Shown here one piece after another: positions 1 to 11,259 of a stretch of DNA of 36,364 nt (the first letter of the stretch is position 1; each line of letters starts with the position of its first letter). The notes under the pieces were generated by a model that did no database searches, had not been told where the DNA came from, and saw only the letters and a program-made list of their open reading frames with translations. Source of the DNA: Macrostomum lignano. Its lineage: Eukaryota. The translations under genes and the position numbers were made by a program. The DNA lies in the NCBI GenBank assembly GCA_002269645.1, contig NIVC01002745.1, forward strand, positions 1-36,364. Reading direction: 5' to 3'.

Positions 1-771
1 GTACAGACGTTGATTTTGTGCTGTTATTTCTATTCTGGCGACATTCTCCAACCTATACGCTCGTATGAGGGTTTTGCGATTCAAATCTTTATTCGACTAC
101 TTTTTCAGTAGTTCTAAATTGAATCTCACATTCTGTAAAAATGTTTTAATTTGGTGCGGAAACCAACTCTAAATGAAACTAGTGTCCTACTCGTATTTTA
201 GTTATCGTGAAGTCCATTATCTATGATTAAGACCAACCAAGACGGAAATATCGTCGTTCTCATTCGAAGTTGTGTTTATTTGAACTTTTGAATTTGTAAT
301 TTTTGGGTCAGTCCCAACAAGACACAGACTTGAAAAGTGCCTTCGTTCCTGACCTACCCATGCGTTTGCGTAGAGCTAATATAAAAATGCAAAAAAAAAA
401 CGGTTCATGTTTGCAACCACCGAAAATAAGACTCTGTAGAATTCACTCGCAAGTCTCCGCGCCTGTGATCAAGAGCAATAAACTCTGTTTGAGCAGCCCA
501 TTTCAACGCAAATAGCTCGTATATACTATGCATGGAGATCCAGCTCTGAGTGCGCGTGCTGCTGAGCATTTTCTCTGCCAAGCGGAAACTCTCAATGTTC
601 TTCACATGGGCGGCCTTATCTGCCTCATACTGCGACTTCCTGCTGTTTTATAGAGCTTCTATTAAACTGAAGGCTTACATGCATGCTGACTTTCCCATGA
701 TCACTACATTATACATGTAGCTGTAAGGTTTCTCATGTCCGTCTGCTCTGGTGCCTGCCTTACCTCATTGG

Positions 772-1149
772 ATGTCTGTCTTCTCTCGCTTGGTGCCTGT
801 CCTCTCTTGTTTGAAGTCTGTCCTCTCTCATTTGGTATCTGTCCTCTCTCATTTGGTATCCGTCCTCTCTCATTTGGTATCTGTCCTCTCTCATTTGGTA
901 TCTGTCCTCTCTCATTTGATGTCTGTCCTCTCTCATTTGGTATCTGTCCTCTCTCATTTGGTATCTGTCCTCTCTCATTTGGTATCTGTCCTCTCTCATT
1001 TGGTATCTGTCCTCTCTCATTTGGTATCTGTCCTCTCTCATTTGGTATCTGTCCTCTCTCATTTGGTATCTGTCCTCTCTCATTTGGTATCTGTCCTCTC
1101 TCATTTGGTATCTGTCCTCTCTCATTTGGTATCTGTCCTCTCTCATTTG
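772..1149. repeat. 21-bp tandem repeat (TCTGTCCTCTCTCATTTGGTA), about 17-18 copies, degenerate at the left end
   Basis: Unit read directly from the sequence. It explains the four overlapping repeat ORFs at 704-1183. Confidence 0.97.
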
Positions 1150-1287
1150 ATTCCTTCGTTTTATTGATCAGTCTATAAATCATTGTACTACGCGCTCGTA
1201 CTCCTCATTTTAGACATAAAGAGAATGCTCAGACTTAAACAGGAGAAAACTTTAATCAGTTGAATTTCTTCTCGTCCCAAATTATAG

Positions 1288-1746
1288 CCAACTGAAGTTT
1301 GGAGTGGATTGCTTGCCTGCAAACCCTCTCATTTCGGCAGTGTGTCGTCAAGCCATTGTGCCAAGCCAACGACCATTGTACTATTTTCGCAAAGAAGCGG
1401 TCGCTCAGTGAAGGTAAGACGCCTTGTTGAAAAAAATTATTAAAAAAACCTTGCGCTACTGAGGAACTTTCTCTAGGAGGAACTTGCCAACAAGCCACAA
1501 GAAGCTGAGGTAACTCAGTCTGCAGAAGAGTCCAGAGGAAGAAAATTGGAATCATTTTTGGCCGCACACAACGGGCAAAAAATTCAAGCATCCGACATCA
1601 GTTCTCAGCTGGGGAAGGCTGACATGTTTGCATTTGCTAAAACTATTTCTCTGCCACTCACTCTCCAGCTCTCTTTGGTGGACGCTCTGTTGACACAGCA
1701 AGGTGCAGCGGCTCGGGCGTGGGCCACCCACCGACCGCGCGGTTGA
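1288..1746 (+). CDS. Possible two 3' exons (1288-1413, 1477-1746) of an unidentified gene
   Basis: Acceptor TATAG|CCA at 1287, donor AAG|GTAAGA at 1414, a 63-nt intron, then acceptor TTTCTCTAG|GAG at 1476. Both exons are open in phase 0 and end at TGA 1746. I recognise no homology. Confidence 0.3.
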
Positions 1747-1874
1747 AACCAAAATTCTTTCACTGCAACTCAGCACCCAGTCTGCGGCCACCAAAAGCAT
1801 ACAAGCTAAGCAGCTTATATCTTCAGCTTAAGTAGAAACTATCCTAGGTTGTTTCTTCAACTGAAGAGACTCGA

Positions 1875-1895
1875 AGAGAGAGAGAGAGAGAGAGA
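1875..1895. repeat. (AG)n microsatellite
   Basis: Seen directly. Confidence 0.9.
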
Positions 1896-2327
1896 TATGA
1901 GAGGCTGTAGAAATTCTAGAACTCTCTTACCATCACTCGATTCTCTGAGCTGAGCTGCTCTTCCTACGGGGGAGGATTTAGTTTCATTGTACTATTAGGC
2001 TGAGCCCTGTATCCGATGGCCAGACTGTATACTAGCGACTACCGATCTTTTGGTGTTTGGGCAGCTCAGCTAAACTTATTATCGATTTTTCCTCATTCAT
2101 TCTTTATACCTCCCTCAGTCCTCACAGATGCCTGGCTTCGAAGGTAGATGAAAAAGATTTTGCGTTTTTTGAGCCACCCTTTTTCGATCGCGAACTTTTA
2201 TCTGTTGGAATACAAATAGTTATTCAGAAACTGCCGCCAATCAAAGCGACAGTTGATCCACAGGTAGTGAGGAGGCGAGCAGCCAGGCCAGTCCCGCTGA
2301 TCCCTCGAGCATGTATACGGATAGGCA

Positions 2328-2457
2328 TGCAGACAGGAACTCGCTCACACGGGGTGTACAGGGGCCCTGACCTTCCTAATCGTCCAGCAAGTACACTCTC
2401 TGTGCCTTGGCAGTTGGTCCTGATGGACAAGAGATGCACTCGACACAATTAACGGCT
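2328..2457 (+). ncRNA. Dispersed structured element, copy A (candidate ncRNA or old repeat family)
   Basis: GTGTAC 2354-59 pairs with GTACAC 2391-96 and encloses CCCTGAC..GTCCAG. This is followed by TGTGCCTTGG, GTTG and the GTCC-TGAT-GGAC hairpin (2417-28). Homologous by eye to copies at 5778, 10599 and 21397. Confidence 0.5.
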
Positions 2458-4084
2458 CGTGTACAGCGGCAGACGTCGGATTGTTGCAGCAGGAATCGAA
2501 TCCGGAACACTGTGGCGCTGCTCTGCCCTATAAATCCGTTATTTAGTAGCTATTACAGGAGTACCGAATTCTGAAAATAAAAGTGCAAGTTTGATGAGTC
2601 GCTTTGAGTCCTTTGAGTCCTTTGAGTCCAGCAGTGTCTTCAATTTTTACTCGACATCCCATTTAAACATTGTACGTATGTTTGCTATGAACTTTTAAGG
2701 TAGAATAGGCGTAAAAGGTGTAAATTGGCCTCAACTTTCACATCATCAGGCAGTGTACACCCTTTCCTAATTATTGAACAAAAGCAAAGCAAAGCAGCCA
2801 CCTCGGAGATCAACTGATCATTTTCTGTGCATCATTAGCAAGAATTTTTACGTTACACAAAACATCAAGGCAGAGATAACTGACAAGCGAATTTCCCAAT
2901 TGCGCAAAATATTGCCACGAAGAAGAGCACACAGAAAAGACAGCCTGCAAACAACTGCGCAGCAACATGATGTTTGGTCTTGATCGCGCTTGCCAATTAT
3001 CCAGACAAAAAAGCATATTGGACAAATTCTAGGCGAGGCATGATGCTGGGAAAATAAGCCCTGGATAGGATGAAGTTTTCTGGCCCGAAGGGAAGGGGAT
3101 CTGCTGCACAGCAGCCTCAGCCAGTGGCTGGAGCGGCATCCAGTGATGGAGAGAGGAAGCTGCATGCGTGGAGATTTTTAATAGGCCTTTGGTATGCCTT
3201 CACTATTGAGCCTCAATGGGCCAGTGGGCCAGTGGGAGACTGAGACAGCAAGAGTTGAACAGGTAAATGGAGAAATTGGAGCCGAGTTCCCAGCAGCCTC
3301 AGCCGCCCTACGCCTAGCAGATCGCTTAGTCCTGGCTAATTATGTAAGTAGTCCCGCACCTTGCTTCCTCTCTCTCTTTTGCTTTAATGACATTCATTAT
3401 CTATTCTGCCTTTGGGCTGTTCATGCCTGTCCATCTGCCCAGTGCGTCAATTAGGGTCTTGCATGAGCGCTGCTCATGATACTTACTGGTTTAGCTGACT
3501 AAGTGTTGAGCACCTCCATCTAGCTGCCGTGGGCTATTTTTAGTGAGATCGCTTCACCTGGGACTTCAAAATTTATTACTAAATATCTGTTTTACTAGCG
3601 TAGGGATGAAAAGTCAGGGCGCAGACTGTGCACATGCTGCGTGGGCATATTCATCCGGGCAGGTAACTTTAATAAGCTAATTAGAATAGTATCTATACAG
3701 AAATGAAAAAGAGGCGTGCATTTGTATGGCAAAGAATACAAGTCCTTCTCAACATGTAGATGTCCGAGTGAAGAAGAGGCTGCAACACGAGTAGATGAAA
3801 ATGAAACGAGTTTGAGATAGAAAGAAGCAAGGATGGCTACGGACTTGGGAGGAACAACCAAAAAGGACGCGGCATTTTTGCTTGGTAATTTGATTAGGCC
3901 TGCAACTGTGCACGGATCATAAAGCATCCTTGCTCGGCCCAGATCCTCTGGCCTGGCCTGGGCGTGTTGCTAAGACGCTGTGGATGCAAGACAAAAAACG
4001 CTTGGGTAGCAAACAGTTCTCTGGTTCTTTGTATTAGTACATGTGCATTCGGACTGGGCTACGAGCTGGCTCCTGTGTGTGATG

Positions 4085-4268
4085 AGACACTATGTGTGTC
4101 TAGTGTGACATTGTGTTTCTGACATGACATTGTGGGAGTGCTTAATGTGACATCGTGTGTTTCCAATGTGACATTATGAGCCTGATATGACATTGTGGGA
4201 GTTGCTTAATGTGACATCGTGTGTTTCCAATGTGACATCGTGCGTTCCCGATGTGACGATGTGACATT
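4085..4268. repeat. Degenerate tandem repeat built on a TGTGACAT core
   Basis: Repeated TGTGACAT(T/C)GTG blocks, including a ~63-bp duplication (4146/4209). Confidence 0.8.
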
Positions 4269-4901
4269 TGGTTGCCCAATCAACCGATTTCCAGATTTCA
4301 TGGACTAAAAGAACTTGCAATTTCGCTACACAGGAAAGTCTGAGAAAGGCACTTAATTTAGAGCTTCAAATGTGATAAGCAATATCTTAAAGGACATATG
4401 TGAATGCTATTTATTTGGAAATGTGCGACTTAGATCAACCTCGAGGATATTGCAGGGAGACAGTTGCTAAATAGGGCCTATCCCATGCACTGCTATTGGG
4501 AAGCTACAAGCCTCGCAGATATTATACACTGCTTTATCGATAACCAACGAAACAATGATAAAAATCCAATGGTATGTCTCGTATTGCCATTCAAAAAATG
4601 TATTTGATCAACTATCCCTCTGTAGCCCTGTGCTCATTCAGAGCAATGAATATATCCTGGAAAATATAAATTCAATGGATTAAAAGAAGGGTTGAGTTGA
4701 AATGCATTTCCTTCCTCCGCATGGGAGCATTTGATCTTTTCCAAAAATAAAATGAAAGACCGGTATGCCCGCTCTTATTGCATGTCTTCAATTGAATGAT
4801 GATAAAATATACTGATACTTGTTTCAGTTATTTCATATACCGTCGCGGTAACTAGTCCATTCGCAAAACACCTCGATAATGCAAATACCATCAGCGAAAA
4901 G

Positions 4902-5300
4902 CACCCTCAAACACCCTCAAACATCCTAAAAAACCTTAAACACCCTCAAAGACCCTCAAATACCCTCAAACACCCTCAAACACCCTCAAGCACCCTCAAA
5001 CGCCCCCATACACCCTCAAACACCCTCAAATACCCTCAAACACCCTCAAACACCCTCAAACACCCTCAAACACCCTCAAATACCCTCAAACACCCTCAAA
5101 CACCCTCAAACACCCTCAAACACCCTCAAGCACCCTAAAACACCCTCAAACACCCTCAAGCACCCTAAAACACCCTCAAACATCCTCAAACACCCTCAAA
5201 CACCCTCAAACACCCTCAAACACCCTCAAGCACCCTAAAACACCCTCAAACATCCTCAAACACCCTCAAACACCCTCAAATACCCTCAAACACCCTCAAA
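4902..5300. repeat. 10-bp tandem repeat (CACCCTCAAA), about 40 copies
   Basis: Seen directly. It ends ~50 nt before the acceptor at 5352. Confidence 0.97.
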
Positions 5301-5352
5301 CACTGATTATCAACCCGTAAAACCCTATAAACCGTTCTCCCTCCCTTCGCAG

Positions 5353-5733
5353 GACCCTCTGTCCATGGCTGCACGATGCCTGCAGCAACTATTGGCGACT
5401 GGCCCTGTCTCTATTCACGCCAGAAAAGAGTGCCCGCGATCCCCGGGCAGCAGCAGCAGCCGGGGTGGAAAAGGCGGCTACGGCATCGGCAGCAGCTGCC
5501 GAAGGAGTTGACGACGACTCCGACGAGGTGTTCCTGCGCGAGCACCAGCGGCAGCGGCAGCAGCAGCGGCAGCCGCACTGCCAGGAGCCCACACGGTTTG
5601 TGCGTACCAAATTTTCTAGACGAGATTCTCAACAATCGCAGCGCGAGCGTCAGCGCAAGAAGCGGCAACGAATGTGCCTCGGCGGCTTGCATCATTCGGA
5701 CTCGAGAAGCAGTGATGGCGGCCCGATCTACAG
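5353..5733 (+). CDS. Internal coding exon (127 codons, phase 2-2), low-complexity A/D/Q/R-rich; probably the same gene as the ERICH2-like exon
   Basis: Strong acceptor TTCTCCCTCCCTTCGCAG| and donor TACAG|GTGAAT. One frame is open throughout (TLCPWLHDAC...DDDSDEVFLREHQRQ...GGPIY). GC-rich like the other exons. Confidence 0.65.
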
Positions 5734-5777
5734 GTGAATGATATTCCTTTACCCGCTCATTTCGCATCTTTACATAT

Positions 5778-5910
5778 GCAGACCCGCACTCAACACACAC
5801 AGGGTGTACAGCGCCCTGACTTTCGAATCGCCAGGCAGAGTGTAGTAAGTGAGTGTGAGTGAGGGGTCGGCCCTCATGGGCGTGAGGTGCAAGACAAGCC
5901 TCAAATTAAC
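5778..5910 (+). ncRNA. Dispersed structured element, copy B
   Basis: GGGTGTACAGCGCCCTGAC-TTTCGAATC-GCCAGG, then GTCG-GCCC-TCAT-GGGC (5870-81). The core starts ~70 nt after the donor at 5734. Confidence 0.5.
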
Positions 5911-5993
5911 CGAATCGAACCATTGTACCTTGATTTACCGCTAGGGCTGCTCTGCCCATGCACTTTAACCGCTTATAACTCTATCATTTACGC

Positions 5994-6274
5994 CAGGGGT
6001 TGGCAAGCTCTGGCCCGCAAAGCCTGTCTTCTCTAACCTCACCTCATCTTATCTCCTCTCTTCTCCTCTCTCCCCTCTCCTCTCCTCTCCTTTCCTCTCC
6101 TCTCCTCTTCTGTCTTCTCCTTTCTCCTCCTATTTCATCTGCATTTTCCTATCTCCTCTCATCTCCTTTATTTCTAGCCTCTTCTTTCTCCTATCTCTCT
6201 TCTCTGTTCCCTCTCTTCTCTCTCTTCCTCTGGCCGGCAGTTGGCCCTTTAGGTAAAAAGTTTTCCAACCCCTG
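5994..6274. mobile_element. Non-autonomous hAT (Charlie-like) MITE with an internal CT-rich simple repeat
   Basis: TIRs CAGGGGTTGG (5994-6003) and CCAACCCCTG (6265-6274). The 8-bp flanks ATTTACGC / ATTTAGGC match at 7 of 8 positions. CAGGGG termini plus an 8-bp TSD are hAT hallmarks. Confidence 0.85.
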
Positions 6275-6912
6275 ATTTAGGCCGTGTCTCCCGAAGCTGC
6301 TCTGTTACTAACTCAGTGGCATTTGATTGCCAAACGCCATCAAAAGATGACAAATAATTCAGTGCAGTTAAATTGAACCCATCTTTGGCCGGCATTATGT
6401 TATAGATAACCAATGTGCTTCTCTCCAGCACTGCATATCTACGGGGAATAGTTTAAAATGAATATCACAGATATATCTCGAATATATTACTTTCTTTCTT
6501 TAGTCCGGCTGCTCAGCGAGTTATAACTTTTTTCGAACGTGATATCTTGAGTCTTCCGGCTCTAGTAGCTGTTGAGTATTTTTCTACCGCATATTCCTTG
6601 ACTCATTTCCTCGAGACTTGATGAAGCTGTGATTTGGGCAATTTGGGACGTTATCAGCTCGCTCGAGCGGAGAGGATCTCTGATATCTATACTGCTGTGG
6701 GGCGGTGGGAAAGTTATCTCGCAGGTTTAGCAAATTCCGTCATATTTATGAGTCATTTTCCTCGTGACTTTTTGCGACCTCTGTATTTCTATCCCTGTCT
6801 TCCATTTCCGAAATTATTTTTTCGGTCTTGCTCATCAGGGATTTAGGATTAAGACTCTTAGCGATTAGCACAGCTTACAGCTTCAGTTACAGTTAACTGA
6901 CAATATATTCAG

Positions 6913-7944
6913 TGATGAAGATCCGGAAGAGGAGCCTCGTGGGGATTCGGAGGTGTACCGAGAAAATTCGGAGATGGTGCTACGTCAAGATTCGGAGGTG
7001 GTGCTACGTCAAGATTCGGAGGTGGTGCTACGTCGAGATTCGGAGGTGGTGCTACGTCAAGATTCGGAGGTGGTGCTACGTCAAGATTCGGTGGTGCTAC
7101 GTCAAGATTCGGTGGTGCTACGTCAAGATTCGGTGATGCTACGTCAAGATTCGGAGGTAGTGCTACGTCAAGATTCGGAGGTGGTGCTACGTCAAGATTC
7201 GGAGGTGATGCTACGTCAAGATTCGGAGGTGGTGCTACGTCAAGATTCGGAGGTGATGCTACGTCAAGATTCGGAGGTGGTGCTACGTCAAGATTCGGTG
7301 GTGCTACGTCAAGATTCGGTGATGCTACGTCAAGATTCGGAGGTGATGCTACGTCAAGATTCGGAGGTGATGCTACGTCAAGATTCGGAGGTGGTGCTAC
7401 GTCAAGATTCGGTGGTGCTACGTCAAGATTCGGTGGTGCTACGTCAAGATTCGGTGATGCTACGTCAAGATTCGGAGGTAGTGCTACGTCAAGATTCGGA
7501 GGTGGTGCTACGTCAAGATTCGGAGGTGGTGCTACGTCAAGATTCGGTGGTGCTACGTCAAGATTCGGTGATGCTACGTCAAGATTCGGAGGTAGTGCTA
7601 CGTCAAGATTCGGAGGTGATGCTATGTCAAGATTCGGAGGTGATGCTACGTCAAGATTCGGAGGTGGTGCTACGTCAAGATTCGGAGGTGATGCTACGTC
7701 AAGATTCGGAGGTGATGCTACGTCAAGATTCGGAGGTGGTGCTACGTCAAGATTCGGTGGTGCTACGTCAAGTTTCGGAGGTGGTGCTACGTCAAGATTC
7801 GGTGGTGCTATGTCAAGATTCGGAGGTGCTACGTCAAGATTCTGAGGTGGTGCTACGTCAAGATTCGGAGGTGGTGCTACGTCAAGATTCGGAGGTGGTG
7901 CTACGTCAAGATTTTGAGAATAAAGTGACGCGCGTAAAGACACA
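6913..7944 (+). CDS. Probable coding exon (344 codons, phase 2-2) made of ~41 VLRQDS(E)V repeats
   Basis: Acceptor ACTGACAATATATTCAG|T is phase-compatible with exon 5353-5733 (TAC AG|T GAT = Y-S-D). Diverged flanking repeats are conserved at the peptide level (PRGDSEV, YRENSEM). A phase-2 donor CA|GTGAAG lies at 7945; otherwise the frame stops at 7948. Confidence 0.55.
6972..7917. repeat. 24/21-bp minisatellite (GTGGTGCTACGTCAAGATTCGGAG)
   Basis: Seen directly. All unit-length variants are multiples of 3. Confidence 0.97.
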
Positions 7945-10598
7945 GTGAAGCACGAGTGCTGACTATATTATTACACGTATTACACGTTTTGTCGCGTACA
8001 AATCACTCAACTATCAACGAACACCCCGCTCACACAGTTTTCTGACCTCTTGACCCGTCTGAAAGTTGCTACTGCTAAGTTCATCGCGCACGAATTCTCT
8101 TACATCTCGTGCATCCGGAGTGGAGGCAAAGTAGACGAGCAGAAGCCGCAATCTGAGCTGGTGAGGATGCTGTTGGCAATTAATCGCCACAGGGCAAGAG
8201 AAAGGGAGCTCACTAGACTCAAGGAGAAGGCTACTAGAATTTTCGCCACCCCCCCCCCCAGTAGAGAAAAAGAGCAAAGCTGGGGGACGGAAGCTTGTCT
8301 TGATTGCAAACAAACCACTGCTGCAGCAGACTCTCCTATCTGATGGTGTTGAACCCCAGAAGTCGGCATGCGAATTCTCTCCACTGCACGATGGGGCGAC
8401 GAGAGGGGCGCTTGCGGGCAGAGAGAAAAGCGGTCTGGACGAGAAAAAAGCCTTAGACTGAAGAGTTGGTTGGAGGGCAAGCGCTTTGGTGTCGGGCCTG
8501 GCCAAGCTCATGGCTATGCAGCGCTGCGCCTCCACCGCACCCCCGACTGGACTTCCGCCTCGATTTTGGAGTGATCTGCAAAGTCAAAATCCTCGACTAA
8601 CCCCCTGCGCCCCCAGTTCCTCCTTCTCTGCGACTAAACTGTGTGGAGTTCTGAACAAACCAAGAAAGTCAGAGGGTCGCTCAGTTTCGCTGCGGATTTT
8701 TTTCGGCTTCTCAAGTTCGAATAAACTCTTTGACTACTGGGTTAGAGCTCGGCTGAGAAAGGGCAAATTATTATAGGATTAGTCACGATTTGCTCGAATT
8801 CGCTGACTTGAGTAGGACGCGGCGCACGCTTTCAAATTTTTGCTGTAACTGAACTGCAATTACTTTTGCCTCAGAGTGCATTGTAAATCCACCCGGGCTT
8901 TGTTTTAAAGGGCTTTTTGCATTTAATTCAAGATCTAAAAATGACTGTCAGTCAGATTTTTATCATTTTAATGGCTCAGCTTTATAATTCAACGCATCAA
9001 ACAAATAAAACTCTGGCAATGCTTCCTCGAGAACCTTTGCAATACATTTTCCAAGAGTTTGCTTCTAGTGGTCGTTGAAGTAGGTTATCCTTACTAGCTT
9101 AAACCAATAGAAGTTAGCTGATAGATCCTAGGCTCCTTGATATGAAACAGGCACCCCTCTGTAAGTCATACGCTTGAAGCTGCTCGACTTTTGAACTTGG
9201 ACTATATCTAGAGGCTGGACTGCGCTCTTAAAAGGCCTCATCTTGAATGACCCTTCGGTCTGACCTGAATTTTAGTCCGGTTGCTCAACTCCGCTCTAAA
9301 GGCTCTAAAAGAGCTCAATTCTCAATTTCTATTCTTTCTCTCTTCTTACCTCTAACCCTTCTCATTCTTCTTCAGCTTTACTGACTTGAGACTGTTCCAT
9401 CATATAGGGCCTGCTGGCTGAGAGGCCGGGCCCAAAATCTTATTATACACAGTAAGAGCGAGGGAGGCCAAAAAGGGGAGAGAGCTAGGGGAGGGGGGCA
9501 TTTCCTGGGGCTAGCAGTATAGGGAATCGTGCCACAGAGCCCCGCTTTAATCCCCGCCGCCACCGCTGTGTCCCACCTTCCTGAGCTATTATCCCATCAC
9601 GGCTGGCGGCGGCGCAGGTCTGGGGTTGCTCGGGCAGGAAGACCCGATCCCTGGTACAAATCCGTGCCTGATTTTTGAGCAGCCCAGTCTAAGCGTCTAA
9701 GCTGGGGGTTGCTTGTGTGCTCAAGACACTGTTCAAACACTGATTTTCAAGAGCGCGCATACTAGTTTTATGCTCCGATGCTCTTAAAAGATTGCGTGAA
9801 GTGATTGCACCTCCTTGCGGTGCTATTTCAGCAATAAGTTCATGCTTAATTGAGTCCTAATTGAGCTGAAAAAACTTCACAATGAGATGCTGCTTGGAGA
9901 ACTAATGAATTTTATTAGCCAACTTCCTATGCACTGGGATGGCGTGCTCATCTTCAGTCGCCCTATGCCATCTCAGAATTATCAGATGCTCATCCCTCAT
10001 GCCAGCCACCTGACATGCTCTGTTCTTAGAAAAGATCGAATTCCGGATCGAACGGGTCAGCGTGTCGAAAATTCTCCCTCAAGAAAATCCATAGATGTTC
10101 CATTAGCAGCAAAATGAACGGGAAAAGTATTTATGGCATGCTAGTTAGGATTTGCACCTGTCTACTCATTTGGGTTCATTTTTATGCGTACTTTATCCAG
10201 TTCTGTGCTAGATTCCTCTCAACTCAACCAGCTGCGTTCAAATCTGTCGCAGGTGAACAGACGCTAAGAAGTTAGTTGGAAATTTGCATGTACATGCAAC
10301 TCTGCCTATTTTCCACCGTTAAGTTGACGCGCTTCGATCCTAAAAAAATAATCCAGAAGGTTATGCCCTTATTCAAGTTTTTTTGTTAAAGCGCACAATT
10401 AAAGTTCTTGTCCCGTGAAGTTTCTTGATTCGACGAAAAAAGCGTTCACTTGAAAAATAAAAACACTACTACTCAAGAACAAATCAAAGGTCAATAAAAC
10501 ATGTCCAACTGTCTACTTTAGCAAGCAGTAGCAACTCGAGACTTGTTTTTTCAACTGTTAGCAGATCGGCTACACAAAGGACAAAATAATTGAATTAA

Positions 10599-10750
10599 GC
10601 AGGCACACGTTCTCACTGTGTGTACAGCGCCCGGACTTTCTCATGGTCAATGACTGTACACTCTCTAGGCCTTTTTGTTGGCCCTCATGGGCGTAAATTG
10701 CTCGAGCTTCAGGACCGATTGGGTTGGTATACAAATTGTGCGGCTCACGC
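10599..10750 (+). ncRNA. Dispersed structured element, copy C
   Basis: GTGTACAG (10620-27) pairs with CTGTACAC (10654-61) around GCGCCCGGAC-TTTCTCATG-GTC. Then GTTG-GCCC-TCAT-GGGC (10681-92). Confidence 0.5.
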
Positions 10751-10845
10751 TAGAAAATAGGTCAAGGTCTTGCGCGCCTGCACATGTGAGGCCTGCCATT
10801 GGTCAGGACTAGCTGCTTGGTAGACTGTCGATCAGTTCAGTGCAC

Positions 10846-11143
10846 AATTAATTACAACTACCCGAATTGGGCCAGATGTGCAACCGACAGCTCAGCCGCA
10901 GCTATTGCGCGGCGCATCTAAAGGCTGCGTACGGCTGTTCAGTCCAAGGACTGGGGGGGGGGGGTCGTCACACAGCCTCAATTACCCCAGCTATGCTGGC
11001 ACCCATTTTACAGCTGGGTGAAGTGAAGTGATGCAGAGTTATGTGCCTTGCTGAAGGACACAGATAGTTCCGAGTGGGTCGAGAATCGAACCCCCGACCT
11101 TACAGTCGTGAGTCCGACGCTCTGACCACTAGGCTAACCCTAC
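10846..11143 (-). mobile_element. tRNA-derived SINE with a CORE-like central domain
   Basis: On the - strand: A box TAGCCTAGTGG (11136-11126), B box GGTTCGATTCT (11092-11082), GTGTCCTTCAGCAAGGCACATAAC...CTGTAAATGGG (CORE-domain-like), and a 3' stem-loop tail. A second copy lies at 24948-25203. Confidence 0.85.
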
Positions 11144-11259
11144 TGATGCGATGAACATAGCCGATGATCTTAAAAGTTGCGCTGACGTGAATCAAAAGGG
11201 TAAATATGCCTTAGAATTTATGAATAAGTTTTGCGTGCTGCGATCCAACCGCTCTCCAG

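Noticed and set aside
2128-3343. Possible small 5' exons (2128-2143 MPGFE, 2220-2263, 3185-3343) of the ERICH2-like gene
   Set aside because: The splice sites are plausible but weak (GTAG donors), there is no homology, and the phase to exon 5353 does not match without another unidentified exon.
6909-7943. 344-aa minus-strand ORF (PPNLDVA repeats)
   Set aside because: It is the antisense shadow of the minisatellite. Splice signals, phase and synonymous variants favour the + frame.
8014-8776. Cluster of overlapping ORFs that might be a transposon ORF or an extra exon
   Set aside because: There is no recognisable domain, the frames are short and inconsistent, and I found no phase-compatible splice pair.
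9554-9613. 9-bp inverted repeat CCGCCGCCA/TGGCGGCGG in a GC-rich patch
   Set aside because: It is a single occurrence in low-complexity sequence with no ribozyme core or second copy.
11082-11143. Possible tRNA gene
   Set aside because: The acceptor stem does not close and the head runs into a CORE-like body repeated at 24948, so it is a SINE head.
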